DNA of 64,000 nt from Lama glama (Eukaryota): NCBI GenBank assembly GCA_028534125.1, contig CM052818.1, positions 29,638,001 through 29,702,000 on the forward strand. Reading direction: 5' to 3'. Below, piece after piece: positions 14,151 through 26,883 of this stretch. The notes beneath the pieces are model-generated. The model was given only the letters and a program-made list of their open reading frames with translations. It was not told the DNA's origin and ran no database searches. How positions within the stretch are numbered: position 1 is the stretch's first letter; every line of letters begins with the position of its first letter. The position numbers and the translations under genes are program-made.

Positions 14151-16888
14151 CCCACATATAAAATGATAAAATCAGTCACATTTTTAGTTCCCATCACATC
14201 CCTGAAGCATCAGGAATGCTAAAATCCCCAGACTGAGTTCCCTGTCTTCAACTTTCTGCCACTTCACCTTTTTTCCACATCCTGAAGTAAGGTTCATCTC
14301 GTAGACTTGTTGGGCAAGTTCAACAAGGCAGGCGAAGTACTCGGCAAACCACTCAGGGCTTTTACGAAGCCACATGGTGTCATTCCAGGAGAAAAAAAGT
14401 CACTCCTGCCATATAAGTATTCATGCAAACAATCTTTGGACAGGGACTTGGACAATATTAGTATTTTTTTCTGCAGGCAAAACTCAAAAAAGATGTATTA
14501 AACATTTCTTGTAGCCCTTCTGCGTACCTATGTAGATAAAGAGATGACAGGCTGTGTAGTAAGCGTTATAATAACGGTTAAGCACAGGAAGCACAGAATG
14601 AAGCAGGGGGGAGGGTCGGCAGAGTGGGGGGTGGGAGCCAACATTGAGCAAGGTCCCCCACTGTCTGAAGCATCACCTGGGGAAACCGTCTGTTTCAGCA
14701 CTGATCAGTTTGCTGGCTTCATTCATAAATTCAGACAAGGGCCCAATCTCAACTATTAGAGCTGCAAAAAGCTTGAAATTTCTCCTGAAAGCTTCACCTA
14801 TTGATGTAGTTTTATAATAAGTTTTTTTCCCCCCTTAGGGGTAATATGAGAAAGTCCAAATAAAGGGAATGTGTTGATACTAGGTTGCTGTTGTGGCTGG
14901 TAACCAGGAGAGCAGAATGCTTCAGGGAACATTCCACAAAGTTTCCCTTCCTTGCAGATACCATGGCATATAGTTTTCCTTTTTCTTTTTCTTTTCTTAA
15001 GACTCAACCACAGTGACAGGAAGGTAAGAGTTGGGCAGAGATGGAGGACAGTGGAGCGCCCTGCTCTCCACGGCACAGACATAACTCAGCGCTGCTCCCT
15101 ATCAGCTGACCCGTGGTAAACGTGAAGTAGGCACTTCTCAGGACCTCTGAAAGTGGAACCCATCATCTCTGTGCGGATTTTAAAGGGCCTTCCCTATATT
15201 TAGAAAATATCTGGCGTATCACAGGCCCACTTGATAGATAGAGAACACACTTGAATCCTTCCTGTCTTAAAAGAGACCATTTTCTAATTTGCTTCTTTCT
15301 CCTTCATCACATCCCTGGGAAGAAGATGACAGGAAAAATGGGTAATCAACGCCACTAGGTAAGTTCAGGTCCTTCAACTGGCTTGAGACAGGACCAAGCT
15401 ATTTTTTTTTCCAGAGAAACTAACCACCATCCTTTGAAATGTCAGGACATAAAACGATGAAAACAGCCATCACCAGGAAAGAAAAAAAACACTGCATTAC
15501 ATGTGAACTCTTGAGATAGATTTGACACCCACATCCTGAGTAAAACCAGACTTCCTTCTCTAGCTCAAAGAGGGGTGACTGGGCATACTGTGTCCTGCAA
15601 AAGTGCTTCCTCCTTACACACTACAGATAAACTGCTCCCCATATGGCAAAGTGGTGGTCATTTGCCCTTATGTGCTCCCCACCACCAGAAGACATCAGCA
15701 GCGGAAGAAGGCCCCTCACGACCTCCACCTCAAGGTTCAGCGGGCAGTCGGTGCCTGAAACATGCATCGCGACTAACGAGGATAAAGACATCTTACATAA
15801 GTCGAAACAGCCTCACTGAGCAGCACTGAGGGTTGAATACAAACTCTTACGGGAAACTTCAATATATATGTGAAAAACAATACTGACAGGTGATGAAAAA
15901 GCTCTGGAAAACTGAAGTTTAGGGTTTTGCTCCTTTGTGGAGCTCCTGGCCAAAACATATATGCTTTAACACGTTTTCACATATAGTCCTAAAGGCAGAC
16001 ACAGGGGCTGCACCTGTGACCTAACAGTGGCAATTCTTCCACAAATACACTGACAGCTACATATAAGTAACATCTATAGGATGCAATTATGAAAGTAACC
16101 TGAAGTGTTCATACGGACCTTCTAAGGAATGCAGTATTATTAAGTGACATAAAAGTTCAAAGAATTAGAAAAAGAACTGCCAAAATTTGTATACAGGAAG
16201 ATGAGGCATCCTTTGGTCTTTTCTTTGGCTCATGGAGCATCCGTGATGTGGCCTACAAAAAATTGGAAAAAGGGACACCATAATAATCGACTTCCATGAA
16301 AAGCAGGAATGGAATTAGCAACTAGAGCAATGACTACTGCCAGAATGCCCTGACCAAAGTCTTTCTGAACCAACACCTGACCAAGTGGCCAGGCGTCTAG
16401 CACAGGTACCCACTTGGTTTTAGTCCCTGATGGGGTACACAGGATGATCTTGGCTATTTATCCATAAAGCTCTGCCAGAAACCATTCATTTACCAAGTAT
16501 CAACCACCATCAAAGACCTTGGAGAGCCATGATACTACCAAAGAAATCTTTGAAAACAGTAGGCCAGAAAGACCTCCACATCCTTCCTTTCTCCCACAGT
16601 CCCAAGCCTGGACCATACCACGGTCTTTCATTAACAAGAACTCCTGAATTCACTCCCTTTCTCTCTGTTACCAGTACTACCACACCTGTTACAGAGACAC
16701 CCTCCGATTACCAACAGTTCTGATGCATTTTAGATACTACAGATTAACCACCCAAGGCAGAAGAAAAACCGTGGCATTCTTCCTACCTGAAACTTCTTCC
16801 CTTTTTTGTTACTCTCTGTTACAGAAAATTAAAAGTAGAAAAGTAGAAATTTAAAAGTAGAGAGGCTTGTATAAGAATTGTGTACCCA

Positions 16889-17054
16889 ACTACAGGGAAA
16901 TATATACAAGATCTTGTGGTAGCTCACAGAGAGAAGAAAAAATGTGACAATGAATATACGTATGTTCATGTGTAACTGAAAAATTGTGTTCTACACTGGA
17001 ATTTGACACAACATTGTAAAATGACTGTAACTCAATAAAAAAATGTTAAATAAA
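16889..17054 (+). mobile_element. Young, severely 5'-truncated L1 (3' UTR only) with a perfect 16-bp TSD
   Basis: aagaattgtgtaccca at 16873-16888 and 17055-17070. Insert ends acaacattgtaaaatgactgtaactcaataaaaaaa. It sits in an older minus-strand L1-like fragment (~16820-17480). Confidence 0.85.
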
Positions 17055-17565
17055 AAGAATTGTGTACCCATTATCCAGCTTCAATAATTATTCCCTCATG
17101 GCTAATCTTATTACCTCTATACCTCAACCCACTGGGTAATTTCAGTTAAAGCTCAGACATCATATAATTTCATGTGTAAATACTTTAATATGATTCCCTT
17201 CCTTATATAACTACAAGGTCATCATCACAGGCCTCAAAATCAATAATCATTCTTTTATATCATCAAATTTCCAATCAACATCAGCATTTTCATAATTGTC
17301 CTATAAATCATCATTCTTTTTCTTTTAGTTTGTCTGCATCTGGATAGATATAATCTAAATATTATGATTGGTTGGTTAATATGTTTCTTAAATCTCTTTT
17401 AGGCTATAGGTTCCCCCTTCATTACTTTTTCTGTTTTGCTTTGTGTCTTTTCAGAATCGTTTTGTTGAAGTCTTAGACTTTGACTTGGGTTTAAGCCAGT
17501 CTTTAAAAACTCTTATTACCACTAGTCTTCATTTATATCAAGTTCCAAACAAATCATATCCTAAA

Positions 17566-18057
17566 TGTGGTCATTTTAAAATACATTCACAAATTCTTTG
17601 ATATTTCTCTCTTCAAAGAAGGTAGCTGATTAATTACAGTCCCTCAACTTAGCCACTTACTTCTAGTGAGCAGAATACGGCTGAGAGAAAGGTGTGTCAT
17701 TTTCAAGACTAAAAGGGCCCTGTAGCCTGGGGATCTCTTGCTTAGGGAGAAGCCAGCAGCCACACTGTGAGGATGCTCAGGCAGCTCTGTGGAGAGGGGA
17801 GGGCCATGTGGAAAGGAAGTGAAGCCTCCACCAACAGCCATGGGAGTGAGCAGCCCCCTACCCTGGCAGTGGGTCCTCCAGCCCCAGTCAAGCAACGCCT
17901 GCTGACTGCAACCTCAATGGGAGACCCTGAGCCAGAGCTTAGAGCTCAGCACCTCCTAGATTCCTGACCCGCAGAGATCGTCAGACAGTAAATGTTTATT
18001 GTTTTAGGCTGCTGAGTTTGGGGGTGACCCGTTACACAGCAGTAGGTAACTAATACA
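17566..18057 (+). mobile_element. MaLR solo LTR (MLT1E/F-like)
   Basis: TG...CA termini (tgtggtc...gcagtaggtaactaataca). 5-bp near-TSD ctaaa / ccaaa. Confidence 0.8.
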
Positions 18058-18344
18058 CCAAACTTCCTGGCGTCACACCACTGCCTTTCCTAGGCAAGCT
18101 CTTCACCGGTTCTTTGCATCAAATTTAACTATCTCTTCAAGCTCACAGGCCTTCCCCAGAGCTGTTCTTAGACTTCCATGTCCCTAGCACTCCAAAACCT
18201 GGGAACAATTGCTCCTTCGATTTCCAAAAGAACTTTGTATCTGGTTTGAAGTCAAGCTGTCTAAAATCAATCTGGTCAAGGGTAAAACAAATTCATCTAA
18301 CAACCACCTGCCTAAAATGTGTAGTTTTAACATTACAGTTTTAC

Positions 18345-18755
18345 CAAAGTCACTGTTCCTCAAATATGCCAGGCACGCTCCAGCCAGCTGGGGCCCCTGC
18401 CCCATCCCCTCCATCTCCATGATTTATGCCCTCGCCTCCTTCAGGCCTCTGCTTAAATGTCACCTTCTCAACGGAACCTTCTGTGACAACTTATTTAAAA
18501 CCACCAGGGCCCTCACCCCTTCCCATCCCACCCTCACCCAGTACTCCCTGTCCATTACTACAGTTTCATTTTCTCCACAGCACTTACCACAATCTAACCT
18601 ATGTTTTAATTATCCCATTCATCAGCTGTCTCTCCCACTGCAGATTGGAGGCCCCAGGGAGGCAGACATTAGGTTGAGATGTTCACTGTTACACCCCAAG
18701 CCCCTAAAACAATGCACAGGACATAGCACGAGCTCAATAAAAACTTAAATAAACG
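18345..18755 (+). mobile_element. L2 3' fragment
   Basis: ttcaggcctctgcttaaatgtcaccttctc ... tgttcactg ... gctcaataaa, typical of L2a. Confidence 0.75.
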
Positions 18756-19320
18756 ATCAAGACTGTAGCATTTCATAGGCCACATATGGATGTAACACTA
18801 AACATTTTGATATTTTAAGTGTCTTTACGTCTAAAAGCATTTTAAGGAGGCTCAATTAATTTCCTCCTTCTCTAGTTAAAAACCAAACCAAACCCTGAAA
18901 CACCCTAAAGTAGGTTATCCTTAAAAAAAAAAAAAAAAGGTAACTTAGGAATTGTTACATTTCTCAAAAGTAGCCAATCTGTCACATCAAAATCTCCTTA
19001 AGAGCAGAACTGGATCTTATACAACTTAAGAGTCCCTGCAGTGCCCAGATAACAGGCAACTGACAAAAGTTTATGAAGAAAACATCAGAATTGTCAGCAT
19101 CTTGGGCCATCTATTCTCCTCATCCAAAAACACAAAGCAGGCACACCCATAAACGCACGCCTGTAACAATGCTATCGTAAAAAGCATCTTCATTCAGCAG
19201 ATGAAGTCTCTGAAGCAAATTATCTAATGACTTGTATTTTCCCAAAGCCAAGTTAGAGCTGAAACCTTACCTTCCTCTTCAACTCACAACATTCTTGTCT
19301 AAATCACACTGCTGCTACCA

Positions 19321-19360
19321 AAAAAAGAAAAAAGAAAGAAAGAAAAGAAAAAGAAAAAAG
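19321..19360. repeat. A/G-rich low-complexity (AAAG)n-like tract
   Basis: aaaaaagaaaaaagaaagaaagaaaagaaaaagaaaaaag. Confidence 0.8.
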
Positions 19361-19744
19361 GGAAGGGGGGTTGGCGGGGGGAAGGTTGCTCCTTTACCTG
19401 ACATCTGACATATGGTTCTCACTAACAATCCATATATACACACCACAGAGGGTCAAATTCTAACAGGGTGATGGTGATACTCAAGATGAATGATGTCGCT
19501 TGTAAATGACTTCACAGTTTATGTAACTAATAATGCTAGGAAAATAAATAAATAATTGCAATGCACAGTAACCTGACTCTGGATTGCCAAGGCATAGTTC
19601 ACCAGAGTTGTTCTTTGTTTTTAAGATCAAGAACAATGCTGGAAGAGAGACGTCTGGCTAGTATATAATCAAAGCTTTTTATCATTTCAAAGACACAGAG
19701 TCACATTCAAATCCTGACCCACAAAAAGCACTACTATCTTGCAG

Positions 19745-20087
19745 AGGAGGCCAGCAAACTACACATCAGGGGCCAAAGTTGGCCACAGCCTGCTTCTGTG
19801 TGGCCCCACAAGCTGAGAAGCAGTTTCACATTTTTGAAATGGTTGAGAAAAGAAAAAAACAAAAAGAACAAGAATATTGGGTGACACATGAAATTTCTAT
19901 GAACTGCAAATTTCAACATCCATAAATAAAGTTATGCTGGCACACTGACACTCATTCCCTGACGCATCATCTGTGGCTGCTTTTGTGCTACGATGGCAGA
20001 ACTGAGAAGCTGCAACAGAAACCCTATGTCCCACAAAGCTACAAATATTCACCGTCTGGCCCTTTACAGAGAAAGCCTGCCACCCTC
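19745..20087 (+). mobile_element. MER58B-like hAT-Charlie MITE
   Basis: ccagcaaactac...gggccaaa...cataaataaagttatgctggcacac...ctggccctttacagagaaagcctgcc. ~340 bp. 8-bp near-TSD tcttgcag (19737-19744) / tcctgcag (20088-20095). Confidence 0.85.
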
Positions 20088-20159
20088 TCCTGCAGGGTGC
20101 GGAAGCTGGAGCCTGCCTGCCTCCAGTGAAAGCCTAACATGTGTTCTCCTCATTCTGCC

Positions 20160-20375
20160 TCTATTTAAATCCTAATACCATTCTCATTCACATATTAACT
20201 GTGTGACCTGGAGCACACTACATAACCACTCTGTACCTCACTTTCCCCACCTGTATAATGGGTTTAATAATGGTACCTTATGGAGCATCATTGTGAGTTA
20301 TGAATTAATAATACGTACAAAGCATGTGACCCAGCACCTGGAACGCAGTACGCCCTTACTAAGCTCTGGCTCTAA
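20160..20375 (+). mobile_element. MIR SINE
   Basis: actgtgtgacctggagc...ctctgtacctcactttccccacctgtataatggg. Confidence 0.8.
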
Positions 20376-21519
20376 CGACCATTCCTTCTTGTGGAGGGTG
20401 GCAGGATGTGTTTTCCAATGGGCATGGTAGCAAAATTGTTCAATGCCAGAGCAGCCCCCAAATTGCTTTTATCATGGGAGAAATGAAGCAGGAAGCAAGA
20501 AGAAATGAGAGGGGGAAAAAAAAACAGAAATAAGAGGACTGGGGAAGGAATAAAAGAAGGGAAAGTTATCAGGACCCCACTCAGCAGGGACAGTAGGTGG
20601 CCTATTCAGAGGGGAAATATAAATTAGGATAATTTCATCTATAGTAAATAACTTCTGTGGGCTGACTGGATACTAATCATCAGGTGGAAGCTATCTCTGG
20701 AGGGGAAAGCATTCAAAATTCCAGGCAAGTGACTTACAGATTAACTGCTGGGTCATTTTTAAGTTGAGAACTTCCTGTATTTTACATTCCTAGACAAATG
20801 ACAAGTGATAGTTGCAGTGAATTCTGCATCTCGTTATCCATGGAGAGTAGCTAATTAAAAGGAAACAATTTGTGTAAAGGACCCTGTCCTTACGGAGTTC
20901 TCATTTTGCTCAGAAGAGCACTCACTTCCTAACGCTAAGAAAAAACCACATTCCCATAAATAAAACACAAGCTCATTCACCAAAAACAGATCTGCATGGC
21001 AACTGGGAGGTAAACACGGTGTTAAAAGATACACTTAACCTGCTACAGAGGTGGAGAAATTCTCTTTCTCCCAAGACTCACCTTCTCCATGCAAAGCTGA
21101 GTTCTTACCTTTTGCAAGGACCTTTCAAAATCACACTCACTGTTTCTCCTTTAAGCTGATACTGCAAAAGCTTTAAAGCAACCCCAGACCCCGAAAAAAA
21201 AAATTTTTTTTAACCTACAACTCCACCATAATCAAATAGCTATCTTTATTTTTCCCTTCCAACCTAGATCTCCTTAGTCCCAGCACCTGCTTTGGTTAAC
21301 GCTTACGGCAGATCTTCCCTGCAGAGGCTAAACACACATAGCAAGTATTTTTAAGAGACTTGATGTGTAAACATAAGATGGAAAACCTTAAGAAAAGGAA
21401 AGAAAGACATGATTAGCCAAGTGATTTCTACAAACTGTGCAGGAAAAGCGATTTAAAGCAACGCATCCTAGAAAGTAACTTAGATGCTTCTGAGCTGGAG
21501 GCAAGGTCAAAACACTCAC

Positions 21520-21811
21520 TGAGAATGTATCTGCTGCGAGAGTCCCACTGAAGGCTTTGGCTTGAGGGTCAAGGTCATCTGAGCCATGGGACTGACTCTC
21601 GGTAGAGCGTCTGCCTTCTTAGATGAAGTGTGCTTTGCTGCTGGCTCAGGGGGGGCCCAGGAGGAAGCAGGACTCTGTCCCCCAGAGACTGGGGACACAG
21701 TGTCCTGGGCAGTCGTCGTCTCACAGGCTCTGCCCTCGGTCCCCGGTTTGCACACGCAGAGCTGAGGCCGGAGGCACATCCCTCCATTCTGGCACGGCGG
21801 GACACAGTTCG
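21520..21811 (-). CDS. LTBP1: Internal coding exon of latent TGF-beta binding protein 1 (by recall exon 3, long isoform LTBP-1L): EGF-like domain plus linker
   Basis: Minus-strand translation NCVPPCQNGGMCLRPQLCVCKPGTEGRACETTTAQDTVSPVSGGQSPASSWAPPEPAAKHTSSKKADALPRVSPMAQMTLTLKPKPSVGLSQQIHSQ has a 6-Cys EGF pattern and matches my recollection of human LTBP1. Acceptor ttctgttgtcttcccgcAG (AG at 21813-21812), donor CA|GTGAGT (21519-21514). 292 bp, phase 1 to phase 2. Confidence 0.95.
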
Positions 21812-21934
21812 CTGCGGGAAGACAACAGAATACACACTTTGAGGAAAAACACTGCAGACTCTGAGTCCTCCAAAGGCTTCCCAGTAGCACCAGGCTGCTC
21901 CCCATGAAGATAAAAGGACAATGATGGTGAGGGT

Positions 21935-22175
21935 GACGGTAACAGCTCACACTTACCGATGGCTTCCTTTGTGCCAGGCAGTCTTCTCACAGACAGACAA
22001 ATTTCACCCCCCAGCAACTGGTTTAAGTAGGTATTTTATTTTGCCCATTTTACTGATGAAGAAACAGGCACAGGGGTTATATAATTTGCCAAAGAGCACA
22101 CAGTCATTAGTAAACAGAAGAGCTGGGATTTGAATTTATGTGAACTGGCTCCAACATCACCATCCTTAACCGCTT
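21935..22175 (-). mobile_element. MIR SINE about 120 bp upstream of the exon acceptor
   Basis: cccattttactgatgaagaaacaggcacagggg...ttgccaaagagcacacag...agctgggatttgaa. Confidence 0.8.
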
Positions 22176-24189
22176 TACGATAGCCGCCTCTCAGAAACAC
22201 ATCAGAAACACAGGGGGAAAAGCTGAAGAAAGGACTCTGCCCTTCTTTTCCAGTTGTGTTCTGTGTACATTTTAAACATCCAAACAAGACCTGGCAAAAA
22301 ACAAAAGGCCAGTCCCAGATCCAAACCCCAAAAAGTGTTACAGCCTTCATCTTCCATGAGCTATCAGAGCTCGTAGTGACTGCTGCAAAAATTTAGTCTG
22401 ACCCACTTTTCTTTTTTTTTTTTAAACAGGAGAGAAAAACCAAGGGCAGAGAGGTTGAGCGTCATCTAATAAACACACAAATATATATGTGTATAGATGT
22501 GTGTGTACACACACACAAATATTTTTTTAAAGCCAGTGTACCATACACCATCCCTAACTTTATAATGAAAGACAACCCAAAAGAAACAACCTCTTTATCC
22601 CCATTTGCTAGGATGTGTGTACTTTGAATCACCAGACTGTGGCCAAGCAGTTTTAAAGTTAGCAGGGCTATGGGTCACAGGTGAGCTGAATGGATTTTAT
22701 ATCACAGGCAAGGTCCCTGTGGGACCTTAGGAGTTTAGATGTTACTGACTTACTTTTCATGAGGTTAATGCCATAGGTCTGTGGGCGTGATTCCTTCAGT
22801 CCCTTCTTTATTTGTCCAAGTACATTTATTTATGCCAACCTCTTGCTATCAGTCCACCTCTGACTTCAACTCTTGGACCTGAAGCAGATCCCAATACTAA
22901 ATCTCCCATAAAATTCAACACAAGACTCAGTCCACAAACAGTTACAAATAGACTGAGGGATACGAACCAGAGGAGCTCAGTTATGGAGTAGCCAAATGAC
23001 CAACACCTAAGAGCCTGGAAACCTACTGATTTTCTACAAAAAAGAGAAGATATTTTCCCTATCTGCCTCCAAAGCAATTCCTATTAGTTACAGCAAATAA
23101 TGGTAAGAAAGGGCTGTCAAGTGTCAGAATACTAGGCTGACCAATTTTCTAAAAGTTGGGAAGGACTTTAAAAAAAAAAAAGGAAAGAAAAATGCAGCCG
23201 GCTCCTAAGGTGACCCTGGGGTAAGTTAGTGAAGCTTGGCCTCTGCTCCTGTACATGTCCGGGGGCAGGGGGAGGGCAGGAGCTGCCTGTTCTAAAATGG
23301 TCCCCAAGGGCTCTTTCCATATTAGGCTTCTAGAATTCAAAGTCAAAACTATGCACGTCTAGAGTTCAAGATTCTAATTTATCAGCATTTTCCTGGCCGG
23401 CTGATGACTGTCAGGTCCCTATGCGGCCACGGTTATTTATGGAATGTCACAGGAATGGAAATGAGCTCCACCCAGAGAGAACAGAAGTGGCCACAAGCGA
23501 GGACTGGACGAGGCTTTCAAAGCTGAGCCTCAGCCAGAGATCACCCCCCAGGCAACTTTCATGTATACATTCTCTTCATGCTTTCAATTAGAAACATGTT
23601 GCAGTTTAACATCTGAGAATGATTTCCGCTTCCCCTCCCTCCCAAGGTGTACCGCAAAACGTCTCCTAACCCACCAGGCAGGCTGCACAGGGCGGCTTAC
23701 AATGGCTGGTCTCGAGATGGAAGCCAAGCCCTGAGACCTTCCCAAAACCACCAGGAATATACAAGGACCTGTCTTTAGGAGGACATGGTTGGGTTAGAAG
23801 TATAAAAAGGCAGCCATTTTTTTTAACTCTTCAAATTTTGTACGTGGTACAGTAAGGTCAGCAGGGAAAGAATGAAAGGAAAAAAAACTTTAAACTCACA
23901 TAAAAAAGACCATGTTATATAATAGTATGACTATACCCAATACCATTTTTCTGTAAATTTTAAAAGGACAATAAGGAGAATAATGAGACAATTTTCTCTT
24001 CTACCTACCTCTCCTGGGCTCTGGCAGCAGCCTCCCGGAGCACGCAGACAGGAGGGGCTGGCTTGAACTGGGGGGGACAGATTCCCTGACTGCCAAGATG
24101 AGCCCTGACCCTGACATGAAAAGCAAAACTCACATCCCACAACCACACTTATCAAGCCTTTCCTCCTACGATACTTGGACCTCGTGCAA

Positions 24190-24364
24190 TAGTGGTTCCC
24201 ACATGTCACTTCTCCAAGTTTGGTCCTTGGACCAGCAGCAGCATCACCTGTAAACAGTTTAGCATCGCACCTCTTCTCTGGCTGCCCCTGGCCCAAAACT
24301 AGAGCCCAGTGAGCTGACTGCTCTCCAGGTGAATCTGAGGCTTACTCAAGTTCAAGAACCACTG
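24190..24364. mobile_element. MER5A-like MITE
   Basis: ggaccagcagcagcatcacctg ... aagttcaagaaccactg terminal inverted repeat (TIR). Confidence 0.65.
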
Positions 24365-24640
24365 ACATACAGTATTTGGAAACCAGCAGTCCTCCACTAA
24401 TGCATTATTTTTTGAGAATTTACATTTTTATCACTGCCAAGTTTGGTGTTTTCACACTCCAGTGACTTGTATGTTATTGAAATCTTGCTGTGACAGACAT
24501 GTTTATGTTGCCCTTTTATTTTTAATGCATAAAATTAAAACCTTTTGCCATGTGACCAAATTTTCAAGATAATTATGGGTCCCTTCCAAGAATTTTTATG
24601 TTTGTCACCACCTACTTCATGGCCAATGTAAAAACTGCTG

Positions 24641-24900
24641 TTTTTATAATTGAACTATAGTTGATTTACAATATTAGTTCAGGCGTAGAGCACAGAGTTT
24701 CAGCATTTTTACAGATTATACTCTATTAAAAGTTATTACAAGATAATGGCTCTAATTCCCTGTGATACACAACATATCCTGTTGCTTATGAATTTCACAC
24801 ACAGTAGTTTGTACCTCTTAATCCCGTATCTCTAATTTGAACCCCCGCCCATTCTCTCTCCTTTTTGGTAACCACTCGTTTGTTTTCTCTGGGAGTCTCC
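24641..24900 (-). mobile_element. Cetartiodactyl L1 3' end fragment
   Basis: ttttataattgaactatagttgatttacaatattag...ggtaaccactcgtttgttttct is the reverse complement of an L1 3' UTR. Confidence 0.8.
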
Positions 24901-25079
24901 TTTGGAAAAAAAAAAACTGTTACTCTAACTGAGGGACTGAACTAAGTCGAATATTATAAATAAATGTTACAGAAGTACTTTTGAAACTGTTTTCTATCAG
25001 CTGATTCTGCATTTGCATGGCCGGCTGTGGTTCAACGCACAGAGTAAACACTCCATCAAGATCTTATCAGTGGGCTGGG

Positions 25080-25272
25080 CAGTGGTTCTCCAGCTTTGCA
25101 GCACATTAGCATCACCTGGGGAGCTTTAAAACTCTCAAAACCCAGGCCTGACTCCAGGCTGGATGAATCAGAATCACTGAGGGAGGGGGCTTGTGCATCT
25201 TTGGTGTTTTATTTTTTTGGTTTTTTAACTCTCTAGGTGATTGCAATTTGTAGCCAAACATGACAACCGTAG
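25080..25272. mobile_element. MER5-family MITE
   Basis: cagtggttctcc...gcacattagcatcacctggggagctttaaaa. Confidence 0.7.
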
Positions 25273-26329
25273 GTGAGGGAACAAAATCCTACTGGACTTG
25301 CTGACAGACTCATCTTCCCAAAATGCATCTCTTTGCATTTCTTCTTCTTCATTAAAAAAAAAAAAAAAAACTTGCAACACACTTCAGCTGCCCATGAAAT
25401 ACATTCAAGACCCTCTACAGCTAGACCCCAACCCCTCTTCCCATCCTCACTGCCCCCTGTTCCATCCCTGCAGTAGCTCACCCCTTCTTGCCTCTGCACA
25501 CAGGGTGCCCTGTCCTGAAACTCGGGCGGGCCCCTCAAGCTCCTGCTCATCTGAAACCTCCTCCTTCCCTGTGAAGTCTTACCCAAATGCATACCCACCC
25601 AACCTCCTGCACCATTTTCATTATCCACTTCACATTTCACATGTACTGTCAACATACATTAATCATTTTTTAACAAAGCTCTCTTATTTCTCAACTAGAC
25701 TATAAACCATGAGTTAATTAATTGGCTATTGCAGAATTTTCTGTCTCCTAGGATGGGAGGCTGAACCTCATCCTGGTTGACTGACTCACATCACAGTAGA
25801 GCCGTTCCTTTCCAAAGGATACTAGAATCGAAGATGTCTATAAAGGGAAGATATTTAGTGGGCTCTTAATCCATTACATAATAACATCTACACCTTCGTA
25901 CTTGGTTGCCTGCTGTTCAAATAGTCTCCAATCCTTCAAAGATGTCTTTAAATCAAAATTAATATCTAAATACATTTTGCTAATGTGTAAGGTCTGCAGT
26001 GGCACTTAGCAGTATGCTTGTTAAACAGTTTCAAAAGCCCAGATCCTATGTGTTCTAAAAGAATTCTGATTGGTCGGGATACTTGGAAACAAACTGGTCA
26101 TGGATATCAAAAAGGGCTGACAGGAGCCGTGACAAATTATTAAACTTCCAGAACAAAAGCACATTAAGGGAATTAGCCCGAGAAGTTCAGGTGCAGTAGA
26201 AAAAAAGCTTCTGAGAGATAAGTAGTTTGTGAAAAGGAACTAGAAGTAGGGGTGTCCGTAATTCATTAAGCAGATAATCCAACAGAAGGACTTCTGCTAG
26301 AGGTAAGAACAGTGAATTAACCTTCTACG

Positions 26330-26867
26330 TGCCCTCCCCTGATCCCAAACACAGAATAATAATTTTAAAAAAACTTCTAGGTTTAAAAGAAATGACCATG
26401 ATGTACTGTTACCAAACAAGACTTTTTTGTCATAAACAACTAGAAAACTGGATTAAAGATACAAAACAACTGTTGTCAGATATCAGACAACTGGCAAGAA
26501 AGGACTATGAATCCTAAGAGAAGGGAATCAAAGAAGTGAGCCCCAGGAACACGCCGACCGTCTGCAGGAGGCACTCTGCAGACTGTGACAGAGGGAGACC
26601 ACACAGAGTGATGATGGCTGAGGGTGGGAATCTTCAAGGCAGAGTACTAGAGAGGAGGGACCTGCACACAGAGACAGCCAAGAGATCTGCAGAGGGTCCC
26701 CTGAGTCTTCACTTGAAATGGCACTGCACAGGCACAGGGTGGAACAGCATGAGGCCAAACTACCCAGGACCTGTAAGCTGAAAATCCCCAGTCCTGACCC
26801 CACTGGAGTCAGGACATTCAGTAGAGACTCCAAATTAAACTCCCTTTAAAAGTTAAACCTCAATATC
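26330..26867 (+). mobile_element. Old L1 (L1M) 5'-side remnant, host of the younger L1
   Basis: L1M 5'-like text that continues as decayed ORF2/3' sequence at 31818-33960 after the younger insertion. Confidence 0.5.
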
Positions 26868-26883
26868 AAAATCAGGCAAGAAT

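Larger units (their letters stand above)
1..21519 (-). other. LTBP1: LTBP1 intron downstream of the exon (probably intron 3, continuing beyond the window)
   Basis: Begins with a GTGAGT donor. No further recognisable LTBP1 coding sequence. Confidence 0.75.

Noticed and set aside
18209..18748. 179-aa ORF (similarly the 182-aa ORF at 36299-36847)
   Set aside because: Both overlap decayed L2/MIR sequence, with no protein family resemblance.
21812..21950. N-terminal part of the 144-aa ORF overlapping the LTBP1 exon
   Set aside because: Intronic read-through upstream of the AG acceptor, running into a MIR; not LTBP1-like.
22498..22515. 18-bp palindrome tgtgtgtgtacacacaca
   Set aside because: Simple (TG)n(CA)n microsatellite junction.
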